A stretch of 52,681 nt of DNA from Ignavibacteria bacterium (GTDB taxonomy: Bacteria > Bacteroidota > Ignavibacteria > Tepidaquicellales > OLB5): assembly GCA_025451455.1 (NCBI GenBank), contig JANWKI010000047.1, positions 1 to 52,681 of the forward strand, given 5' to 3'. The notes under the pieces were generated by a model, which ran no database searches, had not been told where the DNA came from, and saw only the letters and a program-made list of their open reading frames with translations. This document shows positions 38,332-45,912 of the stretch, piece after piece (the stretch's first letter is position 1; every line of letters begins with the position of its first letter). Position numbers and translations under genes: made by a program.

Positions 38332-39513
38332 ATGGGTTTAGATAGTATCAACGCAGGGCTTAGACCGGAAGAGCTTAAAGGAAAGAAAGTAATTGTATTC
38401 TTTTTTGGCACACGCCCTGAAATAATAAAATTGTTTGTTTTATACAGAATTCTGAAGAGGTCTGAAGAATTTTATCCCTTGTTATATAATACCGCACAGC
38501 AAAAGATCTCCGGCGATATCCTCTCCAATATCGGCATTCATCCCGATATTACAGCAACCGAAAAACCTAACCGGTCTTCTGACTTAAACGAGCTTATAGC
38601 ACACCTGCTCAACGACTTCAACGAAAAGTTCGGCGAAAAGTCACCCGTTAGAAAAGAACACATCCACGGCATAATTGTTCAGGGTGATACGGCTTCAGCA
38701 TTTGCCGGCGCGCTGTGGGGCTTCCTGAACCAGATACCGGTATTTCACGCCGAGGCCGGGCTCAGAACACTCGATAAGATGAATCCCTTCCCCGAAGAGT
38801 TCATGCGCGAATCAGTTGCCCGTATGGCAACATGGCATTTTGCACCGAAGGGCATTAACCGCGATAACCTGATAAACGAAGGCATAAAACACGATAAGAT
38901 ATTTGTTATTGGCAATACAATTAATGACGCAATTTTTACTCTGATAAAAGAAAAGAAGATAAAAGAACCCAAACAAAAGAATTATATATTAAGCACTTTC
39001 CACAGGCGCGAAAACTGGAATAATGTATCGGCATATGCCAAAATACTGAATTCTTTAATGAATGATATTAAGGGCTATACTGAAATACTTCACCTGATGC
39101 ACCCGAACCCGCTTATCCAGAGGGCTTTTGATGAAGTTACCAACGGGAACGGGCATAAGAAGCTCGTGATAATGAAACCAATTCACGATTATTTCGAAAT
39201 GCTGGGATATGTAAAAAATGCGGGATGTATCCTGACGGATTCCGGCGGCCTGCAGGAAGAATCACTCTTCTTCAATGTTCCCTGCGGTGTCCTGAGGAAA
39301 ACTACCGAGCGCCCCGAAGTTCTGAAAAAAAACGCAAAGCTTCTGCCGATTGAGTGCGGTGAAATTACAACTTTCTTAACCGAGGCTGTGCATTACAGGC
39401 AGGTTCACCTGGACAAATACAACTATACTTACGGCTTTGGTGATTCAAGCTATCTTATCTATGAACTCCTGAAGAAATTCTACGGCATCGAAACTGAGTT
39501 CTCTTTCCTGTAA
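38332..39513 (+). CDS. wecB: UDP-N-acetylglucosamine 2-epimerase (non-hydrolysing)
   Basis: ..FFFGTRPEIIKL.., ..HAEAGLRT.., ..DSGGLQEE.. signatures. Confidence 0.9.
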   Translation: MGLDSINAGLRPEELKGKKVIVFFFGTRPEIIKLFVLYRILKRSEEFYPLLYNTAQQKISGDILSNIGIHPDITATEKPNRSSDLNELIAHLLNDFNEKFGEKSPVRKEHIHGIIVQGDTASAFAGALWGFLNQIPVFHAEAGLRTLDKMNPFPEEFMRESVARMATWHFAPKGINRDNLINEGIKHDKIFVIGNTINDAIFTLIKEKKIKEPKQKNYILSTFHRRENWNNVSAYAKILNSLMNDIKGYTEILHLMHPNPLIQRAFDEVTNGNGHKKLVIMKPIHDYFEMLGYVKNAGCILTDSGGLQEESLFFNVPCGVLRKTTERPEVLKKNAKLLPIECGEITTFLTEAVHYRQVHLDKYNYTYGFGDSSYLIYELLKKFYGIETEFSFL

Positions 39514-39669
39514 ATTTTCGTTACAACATTCAATTTTTCTCTTTATTGCAATTAAATGTCACATAAATTCATGACGTATAGCCGTGAATTTAAATGCTTG
39601 ATTATTCAATCAAAAGTTATCATTTTGTAGAAATCAGAAGTTTTTCTTTGAGAAATAATATTCTTAACC

Positions 39670-40299
39670 ATGATAAAACTGGTTATGAAATATGTTCTTC
39701 TTTCTGCTGCGTTCATAAGTCTATCCTACTGCCAGGATCCTGATGTTACAAACAGGTCAGGTCAGCTGGAAGCAGGCAATTCCCTTTTGAATAATTCATC
39801 TAAAAATGTTAGTTTATCCAGAGAAGAAAACCCGGATGCAAAGATTATACCCGTGCTTTACAGATATTCAACAGAAGATCTGAAAGCGGAGAGGATGGCT
39901 AAAGAAGAGCGCTCGTTTAACATTGTATCTTCATTCAGGGGAAATATAAGGTTCGGGGGCTTTTGGGATAAATATGCGATCATAAATTTTACTCCCGTAA
40001 TGTATATTAAGCCTTTTGAATTTCTGAGCATTTATGCAAACCATAACCTGAGTTATTTTGTCCCGGTAAAAGCTGCAGCTGAACACTTTAAGCTCATGGC
40101 AATTCAAAGCACTGCAGTGCTTGCAATTGATAATTTTGTAAAGCATCTTCTTCCGGCAAGCTCCATTGTAAAATCTATCTGTTCATTTGCATTAAAGAAT
40201 CTTGTGATATTCTGCATGAAGAAGCCTGTAATTGAAGGCGGAAGTGATCATATACTGGAATTTGACCAGCTGTATTACTCGCTCAGTGTAAACTTTTAA
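39670..40299 (+). CDS. Hypothetical exported or lipoprotein-like protein
   Basis: Signal sequence ..AAFISLSYCQDPD. No recognisable domain. Same strand as, and downstream of, the Nfr-like module. Confidence 0.55.
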   Translation: MIKLVMKYVLLSAAFISLSYCQDPDVTNRSGQLEAGNSLLNNSSKNVSLSREENPDAKIIPVLYRYSTEDLKAERMAKEERSFNIVSSFRGNIRFGGFWDKYAIINFTPVMYIKPFEFLSIYANHNLSYFVPVKAAAEHFKLMAIQSTAVLAIDNFVKHLLPASSIVKSICSFALKNLVIFCMKKPVIEGGSDHILEFDQLYYSLSVNF

Positions 40300-40306
40300 A
40301 TGGATA

Positions 40307-40360
40307 CTTGTAGCCGCAACACTCATAAGTATGCTTGTAGCCGCAACCTTCAGGCTGCGT
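40307..40360. repeat. 14-nt direct repeat (CTTGTAGCCGCAAC x2, period 27); the second copy forms an imperfect hairpin
   Basis: Identical copies at 40307-40320 and 40334-40347. The second continues CTTCAGGCTGCG, giving an imperfect CGCAACC/GGCTGCG stem. Confidence 0.85.
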
Positions 40361-40400
40361 GTTTAAGTTTCCCTCTTTTTCCACAGAAATAGAAGTTCCG

Positions 40401-40435
40401 GCCAAACAAAAAAGGCAGGTAAAAATACCTGCCTT
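40401..40435 (-). terminator. Intrinsic terminator for the minus-strand hydrolase gene
   Basis: AAGGCAGGT (40412-40420) and ACCTGCCTT (40427-40435) form a perfect 9-bp stem. On the minus strand it is followed by TTTTTTGTTTGG. Confidence 0.75.
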
Positions 40436-40461
40436 CTAAATGAATAAATACCCTTATATCA

Positions 40462-42402
40462 CTACTTCACAAGTATCATCTTTTTTATCCATGTAAAATT
40501 ACCATTTGAATTCCCGGCACTGCCTACTGTCATTTTGCAGAAATACACACCCGATGAATATGCCGATGCGTTCCACTCTGCCTCATAAATCCCCGGGGAA
40601 AAATTCTTATCTGCAAGTACTGTCAGTTCTCTTCCGGTAACATCATATACAGCGATCTTAACATAATTATTTCTTCCCGTCGAGGGTACTTCAAACCGTA
40701 TCTTTGTAACCGGATTGAACGGGTTAGGATAATTCTGCTGCAGACTGAACTCTTTTGGTATTTCCGCGGATATCTGGTTTATTCCGATCGCAAAATTAAT
40801 GAGCGGCAGCTCGATGTAAGATTTTGCATTTCCGCTGATAAATATCTTATTTGTACCCTGCTTCAATACCGGAAGCATGAATGGATTTGTCCTCAGGAAA
40901 GGATCTGTCTGGTAGCCGTTTGTATAGTATGGCACGTTATCCAGGTTAGTAACCTTTACCCTTATTTTGCTGCCCTGTGAAAAGACATGGCTATATGACT
41001 GGCCGTTTACATATTTTTCCTTTGACTGGTTCGCAGTATAATACCTGTCAGTCCAGTTTATTCTTGTAACAAGCTTTTCCTGCCCGTTTGGCCTTACCTC
41101 CCAAATCTGCATGTTGTACTGGCACAGCCCGTTTGCGCTGGATGAGTAATATAAATAAGCATACGGAGTTCCCGCAAGCGTTGCGTTCTGCAGAAGCCCG
41201 GGCGTATCAAAAACAGTTTCATTCTTTCTGAATTTTGCATCAAAGAGCGCACCGCGGAATTCTGTGTTGACAAGGTAATCCATTGTAACATTGGGGTCAA
41301 GTATATCATTGTTAAAGCTTACATCTGTTTGCGTGCCTCCGTAACTGTTAGGCAGTATCTGCCCGCCGGGGTGAAAATACAGTTTGGTATTCTGCACTCC
41401 CGAAGGAGGCCATGTTGGTGTCTGCTGCCTTGCCCAGCTCCACGTGCTGTCTGCAATGGGGAACCTGCTTGAAGCATAAGTAAATTTTTCATTAACGTTC
41501 ATCACGTTATTAGAAATTCCCTTCAGATGATAATCCGTCCAGTCGGAAAAAACATTCTCTTTAAATAGTTCTTCTGCATAAACATAGTCGCTTCCATGTC
41601 CGTCTGTTGTTCCGTAATACATCCTGTAATTATTGTAGGGCAGAATATATGCGCTTCTTATCATGCCAAGCGTATTGAAGAATTTATCCTGCCAGCAATT
41701 AACAATGAGTATCGGTATCTGGCAATTAGCAGCCTGGCTGATAAAATCCCGGTTAATAGGCAGGTAATATGCAAGGCTGTCCCATTTATCCGGCTGGCTT
41801 GAAAGCGCCCATATCCTGAAGCGGCTGACAAGCGGATTATACCTTACTATATTTGACGCATAACTTACCGTCCAGAGGAATGTCATTTTTATGCCGCCGT
41901 TCTCTATCCAGCTGCTTCCCTGTTCAGGAGAAGCCATATCAGGCATAATTGTTTTTACCTGCATTCCGGTGCAGACCGCCATGAATGGGATTACCCCGCC
42001 CTGTGACCCGCCATGAATTCCTATCCTGTTATCGTTTGTGTTAGCATCATTTTTGATGTAAGTCACAACCTGTTTAAGATCATTGGCTTCGATTGTGCTT
42101 ATGAAGTTCGACTGCCCCTCGGAAATACCCTGCCCGCGCATGCTGTAAACGAAAGAGTAATACCCGTAAGAAGCATGGTCTTCCGCTTCTTCCATTTCCG
42201 AATATTTTGATAGCCCGTAACCGTGAGTAACAATAATGCAGGGCCACCCGCCGGATGGCGGCGTTCCGTTTGGAATATACTTTGTACAGTCAAGCTTAAT
42301 GCCGTCAGTTAGAGTGAGCATGAAATCTACACGCGTAAACGAGAGGGAAACAATATTTATCAGTGAGAAAGCAATAAAACAAATGAATAACAGTGTTTTC
42401 AT
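40462..42402 (-). CDS. Alpha/beta hydrolase of the CocE/NonD (peptidase S15-like) type with T9SS C-terminal sorting domain
   Basis: Signal peptide. ..DGIKLDCTKYIP....PCIIVTHGYG.., ..YSMRGQGISEG.., nucleophile elbow IGIHGGSQGG. C-terminus SLQQNYPNPFNPVTKIRFEV...GVYFCKM...KKMILVK. Confidence 0.8.
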   Translation of the reverse strand: MKTLLFICFIAFSLINIVSLSFTRVDFMLTLTDGIKLDCTKYIPNGTPPSGGWPCIIVTHGYGLSKYSEMEEAEDHASYGYYSFVYSMRGQGISEGQSNFISTIEANDLKQVVTYIKNDANTNDNRIGIHGGSQGGVIPFMAVCTGMQVKTIMPDMASPEQGSSWIENGGIKMTFLWTVSYASNIVRYNPLVSRFRIWALSSQPDKWDSLAYYLPINRDFISQAANCQIPILIVNCWQDKFFNTLGMIRSAYILPYNNYRMYYGTTDGHGSDYVYAEELFKENVFSDWTDYHLKGISNNVMNVNEKFTYASSRFPIADSTWSWARQQTPTWPPSGVQNTKLYFHPGGQILPNSYGGTQTDVSFNNDILDPNVTMDYLVNTEFRGALFDAKFRKNETVFDTPGLLQNATLAGTPYAYLYYSSSANGLCQYNMQIWEVRPNGQEKLVTRINWTDRYYTANQSKEKYVNGQSYSHVFSQGSKIRVKVTNLDNVPYYTNGYQTDPFLRTNPFMLPVLKQGTNKIFISGNAKSYIELPLINFAIGINQISAEIPKEFSLQQNYPNPFNPVTKIRFEVPSTGRNNYVKIAVYDVTGRELTVLADKNFSPGIYEAEWNASAYSSGVYFCKMTVGSAGNSNGNFTWIKKMILVK

Positions 42403-42624
42403 AAGTTTTTTCCGTTTTTAGAGATGTATCACACTAATTTACCCCATATATTCTAATAATTCAATGCTCTGATTTTTCATAAACTTATTCGGGATATTAG
42501 TGCAATTGTCTGCAAACATTCGAGACTCCTGCGGGGTAAGTTGCTCCTGTCATTATCGGAATATATTAATATTATTATTGAAAACGAGGAAAATTTCGGC
42601 TAAAAATAACTATTGAAAAATTGC

Positions 42625-42632
42625 TATATTTG
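42625..42632 (+). promoter_or_regulatory. TAnnTTTG motif upstream of the BNR-repeat gene
   Basis: TATATTTG lies 94 nt before ATG 42727. Confidence 0.3.
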
Positions 42633-42726
42633 TGAATACAGCAGGTAAATACCTTATTAATTTGAGATAGCTTTCAGCCAAGTTGACAAATATAGCGGTA
42701 ATTCAAAAATATAAAATAAAACTTTC

Positions 42727-44982
42727 ATGAAATACATTTTTATATTCCTGATTATTTCAGTTAGTATATATTCACAAACTGTTCAGAAGGTGGATTTTGA
42801 AGCAGGCGGGTTTGTTCTTGCGCAGCTGCCAAACAAAGACGGTTCCACGATCTACGCGCGAACGGATGTAGGCGGTGTTTACAAAAAATCAGGCAGCAGC
42901 AACTGGCAGTTTATAGGCCAGTTTGCCGAAACACCGGCCGCCCTGATGGTGCAGGCAATAAACATTAATCCAAATAACCAGCAGGAGATAATAGTGGCAG
43001 TTGGAATGGATTATCTTAAAGAGGATATTGGCAGGGGATTATGGAAATCGAGTGATGAGGGAGCTTCATGGCGGCATATTCTCGGTCCCAACACCGGAAA
43101 TCCGGAAGTAAATTTCGGCGGCAATGTGTTCCGTGTTAAGCTCGGCGGTCCTTGCGCAAGATGGCATCCAACTGTGCCTAACAGGATTATCTGCGGCGGG
43201 CTTGCCGGCACTTCAGGTATGGCCAATATTTATTTAAGCGATGATAACGGCGAGAGCTGGCGGGTTATCAGTTCATCCGGCTCAATTACGGGTAATGTTG
43301 TGTGCATACAGATTCACCCGAAATTCCCCGATGAAATTTGGGTCGGGACTGACCAGGGACTTTGGATAACTCGCGATAACGGCGCCAGCTGGAGCAGTAA
43401 AATTTTCCCGGGTGAGATCAGCGGTGTCTACCAGATGATCCTTAAAGATGACGGCAAGGGCGGCTTAACAGGATTTGTAACAACGGGAAGGCTGTACAAG
43501 ATCGGGAATAATGCATCTTCAATAAAAGACTTAACATCTGCCTTCGGAACCTATTACGGTTACGGCACGGAAATGATAGGATTACAGTTTATGGATGGTC
43601 TTGAATCAAAATTTGTATGCATTATGATGGGATATCCGGCTAAAGTTACAACTAACGAAGGAGAAAGCTGGAGCGATCTGGTGAACTTCTCGCTTGAAAA
43701 ACAGTATAACCCAAAGCATACGCTTGCTACTGAAGATAAAATTTATTCATCCAACGTAATTGCATACCAGAACCCGACGAATTTTAATGTGTGGTATCTA
43801 AGCGGGGGGTCAGGACCGTTTATTTCCACCAACAAAGGAAAATCATGGAGATATAACGGCAACGGTATAGATATGACTGTGGTTTATGACGTTTCATTTT
43901 CATCAAACGGTGATATTTACATTTCAATTTCTGACTGGGGAATGGCGGTAACCAGGGAAGAACTGCTTCCAAAGATTGGAAATTACTCGAGACAATATAC
44001 GCTTAACCCTCCTCCGCCTGAAAAAAACGGTGATTCGTATATACCTAATGTTTGCAGAACTCTTGTATCAAAAGTTAATCCGAACCGTTTATTTTTAATC
44101 GGGGGCAGTGTGTTTACATATTATCCTGTGATTACCAAATCCGAAAACAGGGGAGAGCCGAATTCTTATCAAATTATGAACCCCCAGGGAATGATTTCCT
44201 ATCCGACAACCGGTCCCGGCAGTGATGCGATTATTTGCGACGGTTCAATGACAACAGACGGTGTAAATGATTACATGATATTATTAATGGGCGGGGGACT
44301 GTATGACCATAAGGTTTATGATGCAGGCAATCCGGGCGCATACTGGTATGGTGTTTATTTCAGCTCAAACGGCGGAGCCAGCTTCGAAAAATCTGTTTTT
44401 CCCGGCAGCTCGGATGAAATTTACAGGCATTCAATAGTCGGGGGAATATTTACTCCGCTTGATTATACCGGTGTTGACCCGGTAGACCCTGCAAGAGTTT
44501 ACGTATACCTTGAAGGCGGAAACGACGGTGGTGTTATGGCTGGCGGATTATTTATAAGCAATGATTACGGCAAAACATTCACGCATAAAAGTTATGTTAT
44601 CAACAACCCTGCAATAGACTACCGCAATAAAGGAGCAATTGAAATCGACCCGACTGGAAGCGGCGTTTTATGGGCAGGCATAATGAATTACGGTTTATTC
44701 AGATCTCCAAACAGGGGTGAGTCATTTGAACAAATACCGGGCTGGAGATCCGTGAGCACTCTTGATTCAAAGGGCAATGACGTTGTTGTTTTCGGAATGA
44801 GGAATTCCGATGAGTTTAACAAGATATATTTATCCAGAGACGGCGGCTCATCATGGGAGCATATTTATTTAAGCGGTTATGGTGTAATACCCTCGGTGAG
44901 AAAACTTGATTTCAGTGATATCAAGGACGGTGAACTATGGATTTCAACAGGCGGTCAGGGATTATTTATATATAAATTTTAA
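42727..44982 (+). CDS. BNR/Asp-box repeat protein (sialidase/GH74-like beta-propeller)
   Basis: Signal peptide. At least seven Asp-box motifs (SxDxGxSW/TF): SSDEGASW, SDDNGESW, TRDNGASW, TTNEGESW, STNKGKSW, SNDYGKTF, SRDGGSSW. No T9SS CTD. Confidence 0.85.
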   Translation: MKYIFIFLIISVSIYSQTVQKVDFEAGGFVLAQLPNKDGSTIYARTDVGGVYKKSGSSNWQFIGQFAETPAALMVQAININPNNQQEIIVAVGMDYLKEDIGRGLWKSSDEGASWRHILGPNTGNPEVNFGGNVFRVKLGGPCARWHPTVPNRIICGGLAGTSGMANIYLSDDNGESWRVISSSGSITGNVVCIQIHPKFPDEIWVGTDQGLWITRDNGASWSSKIFPGEISGVYQMILKDDGKGGLTGFVTTGRLYKIGNNASSIKDLTSAFGTYYGYGTEMIGLQFMDGLESKFVCIMMGYPAKVTTNEGESWSDLVNFSLEKQYNPKHTLATEDKIYSSNVIAYQNPTNFNVWYLSGGSGPFISTNKGKSWRYNGNGIDMTVVYDVSFSSNGDIYISISDWGMAVTREELLPKIGNYSRQYTLNPPPPEKNGDSYIPNVCRTLVSKVNPNRLFLIGGSVFTYYPVITKSENRGEPNSYQIMNPQGMISYPTTGPGSDAIICDGSMTTDGVNDYMILLMGGGLYDHKVYDAGNPGAYWYGVYFSSNGGASFEKSVFPGSSDEIYRHSIVGGIFTPLDYTGVDPVDPARVYVYLEGGNDGGVMAGGLFISNDYGKTFTHKSYVINNPAIDYRNKGAIEIDPTGSGVLWAGIMNYGLFRSPNRGESFEQIPGWRSVSTLDSKGNDVVVFGMRNSDEFNKIYLSRDGGSSWEHIYLSGYGVIPSVRKLDFSDIKDGELWISTGGQGLFIYKF

Positions 44983-45003
44983 CGGGTTTAATATTTTCCC
45001 GCC

Positions 45004-45101
45004 GTCGTTGGTCTACGACTCTTCGAGTCGAAGACTCGTAGAAGTGTTTCCTCCCGGTTTACAACCCGGCTTTGACGGGCTCTGACGTGGTCACCAACGA
45101 C
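45004..45101. repeat. Structured GC-rich element: 9-bp closing stem enclosing a 29-nt near-perfect palindrome
   Basis: GTCGTTGGT (45004-45012) is the exact reverse complement of ACCAACGAC (45093-45101). CTACGACTCTTCGAGTCGAAGACTCGTAG (45013-45041) folds into 12 bp with one C-C mismatch and a triloop. Confidence 0.85.
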
Positions 45102-45140
45102 ACTGGAGAACGAATTGCATTAACTTTGTGCTTTGTGTTT

Positions 45141-45201
45141 GTCATGCTGAGCGAAGTCGAAGCATGAAGGCTGACGCCCTTCGTCTCCGCTCAGGGCGAC
45201 A
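45141..45201. repeat. Inverted pair of GTCA-stem-GAGCGAAG-type hairpin elements
   Basis: GTCATGCTGAGCGAAGTCGAAGCATGA (stem TCATGCT/AGCATGA) is followed by the related element on the opposite strand; the reverse complement of 45172-45201 reads GTCGCCCTGAGCGGAGACGAAGGGCG... Confidence 0.85.
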
Positions 45202-45364
45202 AGGTGAGGCAGTAACATACCAGCATTTCTCCCTTGCATATTCCACTAGCATTTATATCTTGTAGTATTATATGCCTATGGCATATAACCTTATTTGTCA
45301 GGCAGATTCTCCGCAGGGGACTCTCAAGTCACTAACAACTACAGAGAAAGGAGGAATTTAAGTT

Positions 45365-45550
45365 GTCCGGCTGTTGCACCATAAAACGAATCACTGGAAA
45401 ATGAATATTTTGTTTAATTTTAAGCTCAATTCAATGTCCAGCTGTTGCACCATAAAACGAATCACCGGAAAGATGAGAAAATTGTTCAATTGTGACCCAA
45501 ATTTACAGTCCGGCTGTTGGCGGATGAAAATCACTCGAACCGCTGGACGA
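45365..45550 (+). repeat. Tandem triplication of a 72-nt unit (36-nt conserved core plus 35-36-nt diverged half); CRISPR-like in layout only
   Basis: Core copies GTCCGGCTGTTGCACCATAAAACGAATCACTGGAAA (45365-45400) and GTCCAGCTGTTGCACCATAAAACGAATCACCGGAAA (45436-45471) match at 34/36. A degenerate third copy, GTCCGGCTGTTGGCGGATGAAAATCACTCGAACCGCTGGACGA, starts at 45508. The intervening segments align without gaps at 22/35 positions by hand count. Confidence 0.9.
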
Positions 45551-45637
45551 CCGTTTATTCCAGTATCAGAAAATACGGAGAAAAGCGCGTTCAGGTTGTA
45601 ATAGCCAAAATTTTGTGAAAATGAGCTCCTGCAAAGC

Positions 45638-45819
45638 TTGTCACACCAGCGAAGGCTGGTGTCTAGACTGTAAAACCTGATTAATAAATAATTGATACCT
45701 GCACGATAAATGAAAACAGAGCTATTAAAGTTCTTCTCATTTCGTACATCTTCGCAGATCACTAAAAATATTTCTCTAGATGACCCAGAGGGTACCCCCA
45801 GCCTTCGCTGGTATGACAA
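45638..45819. repeat. 22-nt inverted repeat pair (TTGTCAYACCAGCGAAGGCTGG) flanking a ~140-bp AT-rich segment
   Basis: 45638-45659 TTGTCACACCAGCGAAGGCTGG matches the reverse complement of 45798-45819 (TTGTCATACCAGCGAAGGCTGG) at 21/22. The first copy also forms a local 8-bp hairpin, ACACCAGC-GAAG-GCTGGTGT. Confidence 0.9.
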
Positions 45820-45912
45820 ACAAATATTGACTGTTTTCATAATCCACTCCCGTTTTTATTTTTTCAGTTAGTGTATTTCGGGGATAGCACTTTTTTAATT
45901 ATATTTGTAAAT

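Noticed and set aside
45365-45550. Orphan mini-CRISPR array (three 36-nt repeats, two 35-36-nt spacers, AT-rich leader upstream, degenerate terminal repeat)
   Set aside because: The two 'spacers' are homologous to each other (22/35 identical without gaps). Similarity extends past the 36-nt core (shared ATGA). Only two repeats are well conserved, and no cas gene is in the window. A diverged 72-nt tandem duplication explains the pattern better. I cannot exclude a relationship to a CRISPR system encoded elsewhere without the rest of the genome.
45374-45601. 75-aa plus-strand track ORF starting at TTG 45374
   Set aside because: That start lies inside repeat unit 1 and has no RBS. The same frame is better explained as a 66-aa ORF from ATG 45401, coupled to the SD-preceded 13-codon ORF at 45363. 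Even that reading remains hypothetical.
45391-45840. 149-aa minus-strand ORF with an RBS-like GGGAG upstream of its ATG
   Set aside because: It is translated straight through the hairpin elements (45638-45663, 45798-45819) and the tandem repeat. It has no recognisable motif and a low-complexity F/I/L/N/S-rich composition. It is most likely a chance ORF in the non-coding island. Not fully excluded.
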